NCBI GenBank assembly: GCA_964605705.1
Contig: CAZSDW010000002.1
Coordinates: 64,145-128,144, forward strand
Direction: 5' to 3'
DNA length: 64,000 bases
From: an uncultured bacterium
GTDB lineage: Bacteria > Fidelibacterota > UBA2242
Shown here: positions 18,823-26,741 of the stretch, piece by piece
Layout: each line of letters starts with the position of its first letter
Position numbering within the stretch: the first letter of the stretch is position 1
Position numbers and translations under genes: made by a program
Notes under the pieces: model-generated
The model's input: the letters and a program-made list of their open reading frames with translations, nothing else
Told to the model about the DNA's origin: nothing
Database searches by the model: none

Positions 18823-20124
18823 TTAGCCATGAGCTGCTCGCAGATAGTCATGAAATTTGTTCATATATTTGTAATCATAGTGGTCGTCCACATCCGTCAG
18901 ACCATTTTTTAACAAGTGGGCGTTGATAAAGGTTTTATTTTTCAGATAAAGGTAACAAAGTAAATTATTTTCTTCGTCGTGTTTTATTTTGTCGAATTTT
19001 AAAAATACTTTCTGACCATTTAATTTTTCTTTAAGATAATTGACTGCCTTACCGTTTTGTGATTTATCTTCTTTTATACCAAGTAATCGGACGGTTAATC
19101 CATTATTTAATAATATTTTTTCAGGAGAAATAACCTCTTTTACGGTATAATAATCTTCCCGTTCATGGTTACTATTCGTGTCAATCCGTGAACCGAAATT
19201 CAATTTTTTAGGATCAATTTTTTTATCCAGATCATGGGGGTCTTTAAAAATGTAGGTAAGTTTTTGAATTTCTTTTTTGAAGTCGATTTTAAGATTAGAC
19301 TGTTCGAGAAAATCAAAGCTTGTTCCGAATATATCAGACTGATCCATATTTAATTTTTTCCTGATAATTGGAATAAACTCTTTGTTTATTTCATATCCAA
19401 TTGAACTTCTTCCGGTATTTAATGCTGCCAGGGAAGTAGTCCCACTACCCAGAAAAGGATCGAGGACGATATCGCCGACAAAGGAAAACATTCTCAATAA
19501 GCGCCGTGGTAATTCCTCAGGAAACATTGCTATATGTCCATCTTGTTTCGCACCTCCGAAATTCCAGTGTCCTGAAAAGTAGTTATTCCATTCCTCCTTG
19601 GTTAATCTGGATAATTCCTTATTTTCACGGCTTGGTTTTTTGGATGTTCCCAATTTTTTAAAAATTAGAATAAATTCATAATCAATTTTTAGGATTCCAT
19701 TCCTTGGAAAGGGGAAGCTGCCCATTATTGTCGCTCCGCCGCTTGTGTTGGTAGTAGTCACTTTTTGCCAGATAATAGCTCCCATATAGTCGAATCCAAT
19801 ACTTTCACAGAATTTTATAATTTCGGTTCTGATTGGAATGACTTTGTATCTACCATAGTAAATCGACCTTGCGAATTGGTCTCCAATATTGATGCAGAGT
19901 CGGCAACCATTATCTAAAACACGATAACATTCTTTCCATACAAGGTTTAAATTATTTATATAATTTTCGTAAGTATCGTTGTAACCTATTTGTCGTTTAG
20001 TACCATAGTCCTTTAATTGCCAATACGGAGGAGAAGTAATTACTAAATGTACTGATTTTTCGGGCAATTCTGCCATTTGTCGGCTATCGCCGTTGATTAT
20101 TTTATGATGGGTTTTCACGTTCAA
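18823..20124 (-). CDS. Beta-class DNA methyltransferase (N4-cytosine/N6-adenine type) fused to a C-terminal staphylococcal-nuclease-like OB-fold domain
   Basis: SPPY (motif IV) precedes DPFLGSGTT (motif I), the beta-class order. C-terminal ~100 aa (TVRLLGIKEDKS...VFLKFDK...LLCYLYLKNKTFINAHLLKNGL) mirrors the SNase fold pattern but lacks the DTPE/Arg catalytic residues. Confidence 0.8.
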   Translation of the reverse strand: MNVKTHHKIINGDSRQMAELPEKSVHLVITSPPYWQLKDYGTKRQIGYNDTYENYINNLNLVWKECYRVLDNGCRLCINIGDQFARSIYYGRYKVIPIRTEIIKFCESIGFDYMGAIIWQKVTTTNTSGGATIMGSFPFPRNGILKIDYEFILIFKKLGTSKKPSRENKELSRLTKEEWNNYFSGHWNFGGAKQDGHIAMFPEELPRRLLRMFSFVGDIVLDPFLGSGTTSLAALNTGRSSIGYEINKEFIPIIRKKLNMDQSDIFGTSFDFLEQSNLKIDFKKEIQKLTYIFKDPHDLDKKIDPKKLNFGSRIDTNSNHEREDYYTVKEVISPEKILLNNGLTVRLLGIKEDKSQNGKAVNYLKEKLNGQKVFLKFDKIKHDEENNLLCYLYLKNKTFINAHLLKNGLTDVDDHYDYKYMNKFHDYLRAAHG

Positions 20125-20226
20125 AATTTAGCTTCGTACTTAGATTGTATTTTTAATATAATGAAATTCGAAATGATTCACAACAGTCGCTGTGCTCTCT
20201 CATAATGACTGGAAATTTTGGATTTG

Positions 20227-20297
20227 GAACCTTTAGAAGGATAACAATAAATTTGCAGTTTGTCAGAAAATCGGTCAAATATCCTTCTGAAGGTTCC
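20227..20297. repeat. Palindromic repeat, copy B (gaaCCTTtagAAGGATAA - 35 bp spacer - TATCCTTctgAAGGttcc)
   Basis: Same arms as copy A, in direct orientation, separated by a 35-bp insert; directly abuts the DUF2804 stop. Confidence 0.6.
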
Positions 20298-20313
20298 CCG
20301 TTAGTTTATATTC

Positions 20314-21363
20314 CTACCACCGGTTCATGACCTTTTCCGCAAAGCCGAGGAAATCGCTCATGATGATTTCCTTTCCGTCATCCAGAATTGCTTTTCCGGA
20401 AAACCTGCCAATGACCTGGTGCTGATCGGATTGCAGAAACAGCAGGTTGGTGTTGGAATGACGATCAAGAATGGGCTGAAAATCCATCTCAAAGCGGCTG
20501 TCATTGCTGCTGAAAGTCCAGGATTTCAGGTAGCTGTCGGCGGGAATGTGAAATTCCACCTGGTCGAGTTTATGGACCTTACCATTGAAGAATAGCAGGT
20601 TTTCGGTGGCTCTCGACGTATCGCCGAAGCCGTAACCGATATTGAAGCCGAAAAGATCATTGCCGACTTTTCCTGAAGCGGAGCCCCAGTACCAGGTGTT
20701 ATTATAAGTCCAGACGCCGCGTCCCCAGTCGAGCACACCGAAGGATTTCCGCGGATCGAAAGGTATTGTTCGGTCACCGAGCGTCAACTTACCTTCGGCA
20801 GGCATGCAGTTAACTTTCTGGTTATAGTAAAAGGCGTGCTTATTTTTCGGAAAGGGCGTTGCTATGACCATAGTTTCATAACGATCCGGTTGATTTAGCC
20901 GGATATTCGCCTCCAGTGTCTGCTTATCTTTGAAGTTCCTGAAGGCAACTTCGATAAGCCGCTCTTCTTTCTTCCTGATAAATTTCATCGAAACGGTTTT
21001 GTTTTCAAAAAGGACATCGCCGGTTTTTGATGATACGGGCATCTTGAATTTTCCCAAGGGGAATAGGGTAATCAGGTCTTTGGATATCTCTTCCGGTTTC
21101 TCAAAATCAAAGACTGTGGCAGCAATGAATCCCATATAACCATTATCAGCGATGGTAAAGGACACTCCGGCATTATCCGAAAGAATACAGTAGTAATCCC
21201 ATTCCTTGATTTTAAATCTGGGTGCTTTTATATCATTCCGGCTATACTCAAGAATTAGATCTCTCGACCAGCCGGGATTGTTCGGAACGCCATCGGAATT
21301 GAGCAGTCGTGCGGGAGAGATAATTTCAGTTTGCATAGTGCCTCTTTTTCTATTTATAGCCAT
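20314..21363 (-). CDS. DUF2804-like hypothetical protein
   Basis: ~340 aa with Trp/Gly-rich blocks (NNTWYWGSASG, FGFNIGYGFGD) remembered for DUF2804; start may be the internal Met at 21334. Confidence 0.45.
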   Translation of the reverse strand: MAINRKRGTMQTEIISPARLLNSDGVPNNPGWSRDLILEYSRNDIKAPRFKIKEWDYYCILSDNAGVSFTIADNGYMGFIAATVFDFEKPEEISKDLITLFPLGKFKMPVSSKTGDVLFENKTVSMKFIRKKEERLIEVAFRNFKDKQTLEANIRLNQPDRYETMVIATPFPKNKHAFYYNQKVNCMPAEGKLTLGDRTIPFDPRKSFGVLDWGRGVWTYNNTWYWGSASGKVGNDLFGFNIGYGFGDTSRATENLLFFNGKVHKLDQVEFHIPADSYLKSWTFSSNDSRFEMDFQPILDRHSNTNLLFLQSDQHQVIGRFSGKAILDDGKEIIMSDFLGFAEKVMNRW

Positions 21364-21503
21364 CTGGAGTCAAATATTCATCAGAAAGGAATGAATGTCA
21401 ATGATTTTGCACGTGAATAATTGTAATTACTTTAGATGCAAATAAATCAGAAATTGTTTAAGTTTGAATTGTTAAAAGATTATAACAAGGAGAGAGGATT
21501 GCT

Positions 21504-21734
21504 ATGGAAAATAGCCTGAAGTTCAAACTGATTATTGGGCTGGTCATTGCCGCGCTGGTTGTCGTTTTTATCGTACAGAATGTTGCCGTCGTTGACATTA
21601 AATTTTTATTCTGGAAACTGTCTATGTCCCGGTCTTTAATGATGTTTTTCCTGGTCATTATCGGGATGATCGCCGGCTGGTTCTTAAAAGGAGCAGCTGT
21701 TCGCCGGAAGAATGAGCATCTTGATAATTCATAA
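21504..21734 (+). CDS. LapA-domain (DUF1049) small inner-membrane protein
   Basis: 76 aa with two TM helices matching the LapA-type pattern. Confidence 0.55.
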   Translation: MENSLKFKLIIGLVIAALVVVFIVQNVAVVDIKFLFWKLSMSRSLMMFFLVIIGMIAGWFLKGAAVRRKNEHLDNS

Positions 21735-21760
21735 GGGATATTCCGTAGAAGGATAATAAT

Positions 21761-23131
21761 TTGAAAGCAGTACTTCTAAGCATTGTTCTTGCGTTGATAT
21801 ATGGATTGTGTTATCTCGCTGGTCTTGATTTTTTACATACCTGGGTGACGCTGGTTTTTTCCGGATCAATTCTGGGAACCCTGCTGTTCTGGGATTTGCG
21901 GCTCAGCTTCATGTTTATCGGCAGCGCCTTACTGTTTCTCGGTGGAAATGTCGATCTGGGGCATTTTATTCAGTATGCCTCCTTCGATGTTATCCTCTTT
22001 CTGGTCGGGATGATGATTGTTGTCGCGATGGTAAAAAATTCCGGAATATTTCATTTAACTCTGCAACATCTCATGCGACTTCCGAAAATGAACGGATTAT
22101 TTCTATTCGTTATTATACTGGGTACCGGAGCGCTTCTTTCGGCATTAATGGGAGAGATTGCGTCAACCCTGATCCTGATAGTAATTATTTTTGATATTTG
22201 TGCTCAACTCGATTTAGATCCGATTCCGCTGGTCATTGCCTCGGTTGTCACCACTAATATTGGATCAGCCGCAACGCTTTTAGGTAATCCGGTCGGCGTT
22301 TTGATTGCGCTCAGGGCAAATCTGTCGTTTGTGGATTTTTTAACCCATGCCCTTCCGGTAACGTTAATCGTTTTGTTAATTACGATTGCCATATTATTCA
22401 TGTGGTTTAGAAAATATGTCAAGGAATTGTCTATAAAATTAGTGGACCAACGATCCCGGTTGGTTTCCATGCCAATGACCGAAATTGATCGGGATTCGAT
22501 TGCCAGCCTGATTGTTTTTGGGATTACGATTCTTGCGATTTCGATCCATTCGGTTTTGGAAAGATGGTTGCATGTTGCGGATAATGACCTGCTGATAATG
22601 ATCCCTGTTTGTGCCGCCGGAGTTGTGATGGCAATACGCAAAGAGCAGGTTCACCAGTATATCGAAAAAGAAGTTGAATGGACATCATTACTGTTTTTCA
22701 TTTTTCTGTTTGCCGAAACCGGTGTGCTGCAGGCTTCTGGACTGGCGGATAAAGTTGGGCAGGGGATATTAAACATTGCAGGAGAATCGACCCGCTTATT
22801 GCAGGGAATCACCCTCGTCGCGACCGGTCTCCTCTCCAGCGTGCTGGATAATACAGTAGTTGTTGCAACATTTATTCCCTTGGTAAAAGGCATGGGTGAT
22901 GCCGGAATTCAAATCGGTTCGTTGTGGTGGTGTATCCTGTTTGGCGCCTGTATCGGAGGTAATATCACCACCATTGGTTCAGCCGCCAATATTGTCGCAA
23001 TCGGATTACTGGAAAAGGAAAAGAAATTGACCATACCATTCATGAAGTGGTTGTGGATCGGTTTGCTGACCGGCTTCATCGGATTTCTGGTCAGTTTCGG
23101 TGCGGTCTTACTCTTTCCGGTATTTCGATAG
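21761..23131 (+). CDS. ArsB/NhaD-superfamily anion permease (polytopic transporter)
   Basis: 456 aa, ~12 TM helices, duplicated permease halves. Confidence 0.6.
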   Translation: MKAVLLSIVLALIYGLCYLAGLDFLHTWVTLVFSGSILGTLLFWDLRLSFMFIGSALLFLGGNVDLGHFIQYASFDVILFLVGMMIVVAMVKNSGIFHLTLQHLMRLPKMNGLFLFVIILGTGALLSALMGEIASTLILIVIIFDICAQLDLDPIPLVIASVVTTNIGSAATLLGNPVGVLIALRANLSFVDFLTHALPVTLIVLLITIAILFMWFRKYVKELSIKLVDQRSRLVSMPMTEIDRDSIASLIVFGITILAISIHSVLERWLHVADNDLLIMIPVCAAGVVMAIRKEQVHQYIEKEVEWTSLLFFIFLFAETGVLQASGLADKVGQGILNIAGESTRLLQGITLVATGLLSSVLDNTVVVATFIPLVKGMGDAGIQIGSLWWCILFGACIGGNITTIGSAANIVAIGLLEKEKKLTIPFMKWLWIGLLTGFIGFLVSFGAVLLFPVFR

Positions 23132-23189
23132 TTATTGCCGGGTATTGAGCATACCGGAGAGGATAAAGTTTATTAATGAGGAGCTTCTT

Positions 23190-23654
23190 ATGATTAAAAA
23201 ACATTTGCATTTCGGCATAATGTTCGGTTTAATCTGTATAATTTGTGTGCAATTTTCCTGTGATCGGAGGGAGTCTGGCGCTGCTCAGAAAAATGAGGAA
23301 AAATTTTTCGCTCTAACCCATTTTCTGAATGAAAATATTGATGAGGGGATTGTGTTTGTTTCCATGGATGGAATGATTCAGGAGGCGAATCAGAAATATC
23401 TTGATCTCATCGGCTATCCATTGGAAGAAGCCCGTCAATTGACCTACGAGCAGATTACACCGGAAAAGTGGCATGCCATGGAAAATGACCTGAGAATCAA
23501 CCAGGTCATGAAACGCGGCTTCTGTGATGTTTATGAAAAGGAATATATCCGTATGGATGATTCGCTTGTATCGATCATGACCCAAGCCTGGCTGATTAAA
23601 GATGAAGCCGGAAATCCCTGGCGCTTGATGGGAATTATCCGTCAAATTGATTGA
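23190..23654 (+). CDS. PAS-domain protein with N-terminal signal/lipobox-like segment
   Basis: SD GAGGAG 7 nt before ATG 23190; hydrophobic N-terminus ending in FSC; PAS-like core (VFVSMDGMIQEANQKYLDLIGYPLEE). Confidence 0.55.
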   Translation: MIKKHLHFGIMFGLICIICVQFSCDRRESGAAQKNEEKFFALTHFLNENIDEGIVFVSMDGMIQEANQKYLDLIGYPLEEARQLTYEQITPEKWHAMENDLRINQVMKRGFCDVYEKEYIRMDDSLVSIMTQAWLIKDEAGNPWRLMGIIRQID

Positions 23655-23687
23655 TAATAAGCTCGATTCGGTTTCAGTTATATTTTG

Positions 23688-24863
23688 ATGAAGAAGATTT
23701 TCCCGTATTTTGGAGTACTTGTATTTTTTCTGTCCGGTTGCGCCCCGACCATTAAAGAATTTCGTTACAATGAAAATATTCATGCCTATGAGGCGACGAC
23801 CCAAAAGAAATCAGTATCCTCCAAAAACTGGTTTGTTCTCCGGCAGGGCACGGATCGGAAAAAGGTGGATAATTATGAAATTGCCGAAGCGCTGGTTGGC
23901 AATTATAATGGATCTTTTTTTCGGGATATTATAAATATCAGCCTGCACGGCAACCAGTTGCCGCCGATTGCCAAACCTTATTTATCCGGGAAAATATATT
24001 TCAAGGCAATTGATTTGTATAAACAGCGAAATTATCCCGCTGCGCTCCATGAATTCAGAAAAGCATTATGGTCCTATAATGATCTGAATTATATCTCCGA
24101 TGTCAATTACCTGATGGGATTATGTTCGAAAAATTCGGGAGATTTGGAATCGGCGGAATTTTACTTTCAGCAGTTTATGGATTATTCAGAAAGCATCTGC
24201 CCTAAAACCTTCAATCTTGATTATCAAAATAGCCAGAACTTTGATACGCTGCTTATAAAGGCAGAAATCCCGGAGGATCACTTTTCCTGTCACTACGATC
24301 GACCGGCTTTATACCAGCATTATTTTCCCGGTTATATCAGCCCTTATGGAAATCGAATAAATATTGGATTGCGGATTGGCTATATTTATCCGGGAAAAAC
24401 TGTCGGACTGATTGAACTGCGTAGTATTTTATGGAAAGACCTGCAGTACCGATTCGGGATGGGTAATATTTATCAATACTTGCGAGTTGACTATCAATTT
24501 TATAAAAATTCCGATAATACGGTTGGCATTTTACCATTTGTCGAATTTTCATCACAAGACGTCACTTTTGATGATGGTAATAAAATTGTCTTTTATCAGG
24601 TCAATCCGGGGATCGAGATCGGATACTTTCCGTACCCTCGTCTGGGATTATACGGCGGCGCCCGTTATTATCGCTGGAACGAGGAGAACAAATATTCCGA
24701 ATTGAACGAAAGTGGTTCGTATCAGGTGTGGAATAATAATGAACTGTTTGCCGGCGCGGGTATTTTCCTCCTGGACCATTTCGGGCTGCTTATTGAACTG
24801 ACCCATCGGGGTGATATTCACATGGGAATTTATATGAGTGGGGGACAGTTCTGGTTTCGATAA
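23688..24863 (+). CDS. Lipoprotein with TPR-like helical repeats followed by a predicted beta-barrel-like region
   Basis: Lipobox LSGC; TPR-like Y/A/L periodicity in residues ~90-170. Confidence 0.45.
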   Translation: MKKIFPYFGVLVFFLSGCAPTIKEFRYNENIHAYEATTQKKSVSSKNWFVLRQGTDRKKVDNYEIAEALVGNYNGSFFRDIINISLHGNQLPPIAKPYLSGKIYFKAIDLYKQRNYPAALHEFRKALWSYNDLNYISDVNYLMGLCSKNSGDLESAEFYFQQFMDYSESICPKTFNLDYQNSQNFDTLLIKAEIPEDHFSCHYDRPALYQHYFPGYISPYGNRINIGLRIGYIYPGKTVGLIELRSILWKDLQYRFGMGNIYQYLRVDYQFYKNSDNTVGILPFVEFSSQDVTFDDGNKIVFYQVNPGIEIGYFPYPRLGLYGGARYYRWNEENKYSELNESGSYQVWNNNELFAGAGIFLLDHFGLLIELTHRGDIHMGIYMSGGQFWFR

Positions 24864-24896
24864 ACGATGAGATTTCGAATTAACTGAGAGTCTGGC

Positions 24897-25247
24897 ATGA
24901 AAAATAAAGGAATTGTTTATTCGACCGATCAGGGCAGAATGTGTCCCGATTGTGGTCGCCCGAAGGACCAATGTGATTGCCGGCAGAGTCACTCCGTGCA
25001 AATTGGTAATGGAATCGTTCGAATCAGCCGGGAAACCAAAGGTCGTAAGGGTAAAGGCGTAACATTGATCACCGGAATTCCGATGAACGAAATAGAGTTA
25101 AAATTTCTGGCAAAGGAGCTGAAAATCAAATGTGGTTCCGGTGGAACCGTCAAAAATGGTATCATCGAAATTCAGGGCGATCAGCGGGACAAACTGGTCG
25201 AAGAATTACAGGTTAGAGGCTGGACTGTTAAGCAGGTTGGAGGATAG
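24897..25247 (+). CDS. SUI1/YciH family translation initiation factor
   Basis: 116 aa; N-terminal Cys cluster, GRKGKGVT and SUI1-fold C-terminus (CGSGGTV...IQGDQRDKL). Confidence 0.8.
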   Translation: MKNKGIVYSTDQGRMCPDCGRPKDQCDCRQSHSVQIGNGIVRISRETKGRKGKGVTLITGIPMNEIELKFLAKELKIKCGSGGTVKNGIIEIQGDQRDKLVEELQVRGWTVKQVGG

Positions 25248-25385
25248 TGTTTTCAGAAAAGACTCCCAAAGGATTTTCCAAAAAAGTCTTGTTTGACAAA
25301 CCTGGAGAAGATTATCGGAACTTGACAATAATCCTAAAGCATATTAGTTTTTCGAGTTAATAAAAATTATTCAAGGAGGAAATCC

Positions 25386-26504
25386 ATGAAACGGTATGAT
25401 AACATTTTTTTATTGTTCTGTTTGTTGATGATCACGGCTGGAATACTTCACGCTGAAAATTTGCAGGTCAGTTTTATCAATCTGACCCACGGCAGTCGTA
25501 TCCCGGAATGTCAAAATAAACTTATCAGACTCAACGCATCTGTCGATAGCAGCAGTATTGATAAAATTGAGGTTTATGCAAGTGGGAGTCGGGTGTTCAC
25601 AGCCCGGAGTGAACCCTGGGAAGGTGAATGGGCTAATCCGCTCTCCGGATATTACCAGGTCTGGGCAAGAGTGGAAGATGTAAACGATAATGTGGCTTTT
25701 TCCGATACTATTGGTGTTGTTGTTGGCGATTTGATTGATGGCGATCTTATCTTGAATGGTACGTTCAATTGTGCCTCCAGATATTGGAATAAACAGGATA
25801 ACGCCGGTGCATCGAGTACAATGACCAGGGTGGAAGATGCTGAAATAGCCGAAGGTGCGGCAATGTTAATAGATATCATTAATCCCGGAACGGAAGACTG
25901 GCATGTTCAACTGCTTCAGAATTTTCCAATTGATTCGGGACATATCTACGAAATCTCCTTTGTGGCTGAAACCGCCGGGAGCCGGGATATCCAATATGTT
26001 TTCCAGGAAAATACCGGTGAATACACCTTTCACAGAGGGGAGCAGGTTACATTAACCGGGAATGGCTTTTATGGGCCCTATACCTGGGAATGTAATGTTA
26101 CCGATCCGAATTGTGCGTTTCGATTTTATCTCGGTAACAGTACGGCTTATGTTTATTTTGATGATATTTCAATCATTGATCTATCCGTAGAATTTCCGGA
26201 CGAGGCATCGGCAATAAAAGCTGAAGCTATCAAAGCCGATAAATATCAACTCGGATTGAAAAACTATCCCAATCCATTCAATCCATTTACTACTATTGCC
26301 TATGAACTACCGGTTAAATCCAATGTCACCCTGGCTGTCTATGACATTACAGGTCAATTAGTTGAGACGCTAGTGAGTCGTTACCAGAATTCAGGACAGC
26401 ATTTTATCCAATGGGATGGCACCGATTACAGCTCCGGTGTTTATTTATATCAGATTGAGACAGCTGATTTTCGTCAGGTCAAAAAGATGATTTTGATGAA
26501 ATAG
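25386..26504 (+). CDS. Secreted protein with CBM4/9-like carbohydrate-binding region and T9SS C-terminal sorting domain
   Basis: Signal peptide; C-terminal ~80 aa (NYPNPFNPFTTIAY...VYDITGQLVETL...WDGTDYSSGVYLYQIE) matches the type-A T9SS sorting-domain pattern. Confidence 0.7.
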   Translation: MKRYDNIFLLFCLLMITAGILHAENLQVSFINLTHGSRIPECQNKLIRLNASVDSSSIDKIEVYASGSRVFTARSEPWEGEWANPLSGYYQVWARVEDVNDNVAFSDTIGVVVGDLIDGDLILNGTFNCASRYWNKQDNAGASSTMTRVEDAEIAEGAAMLIDIINPGTEDWHVQLLQNFPIDSGHIYEISFVAETAGSRDIQYVFQENTGEYTFHRGEQVTLTGNGFYGPYTWECNVTDPNCAFRFYLGNSTAYVYFDDISIIDLSVEFPDEASAIKAEAIKADKYQLGLKNYPNPFNPFTTIAYELPVKSNVTLAVYDITGQLVETLVSRYQNSGQHFIQWDGTDYSSGVYLYQIETADFRQVKKMILMK

Positions 26505-26512
26505 GTTTTCAA

Positions 26513-26617
26513 ACCTTGCGAAGGTAGAACTTCGTGCTTATACTGAAGCCGGAAATTAATCCGGATCAACCGGTTATTTATGAAGGCGATCAGATTGTGT
26601 TATCCCGTCCATAAATG
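26513..26617. repeat. Upstream member of an imperfect inverted-repeat pair flanking the GH2 gene (contains ACCTTGCGAAGGT hairpin and TTATCCC motif)
   Basis: Its reverse complement aligns at ~60-65% by eye with 29694..29776, including the exact 13-mer ACCTTCGCAAGGT. Confidence 0.5.
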
Positions 26618-26741
26618 TTTAAGTTATTTAGTCATTTTCAACGGAAAAATATTGATAAAAATATTTACAAGAATTCCATGCTTAATTTGATGCTGGTTAT
26701 TCCGGTGCTAACAATGTCAAACTAACAGAAATAATTTTATT

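Noticed and set aside
18651-18926. 91-aa plus-strand ORF between the two R-M genes
   Set aside because: It overlaps the MTase 3' end on the opposite strand and shows no SD and no coding-like periodicity. The gap also holds a 32-codon minus-strand ORF that is likewise judged non-coding.
18100-20310. Integrase, transposase or recombinase associated with the R-M island
   Set aside because: No such ORF exists in or next to the island. The only recombinase in the window is the XerC/D-like gene at 6092, which is a core gene in a different context.
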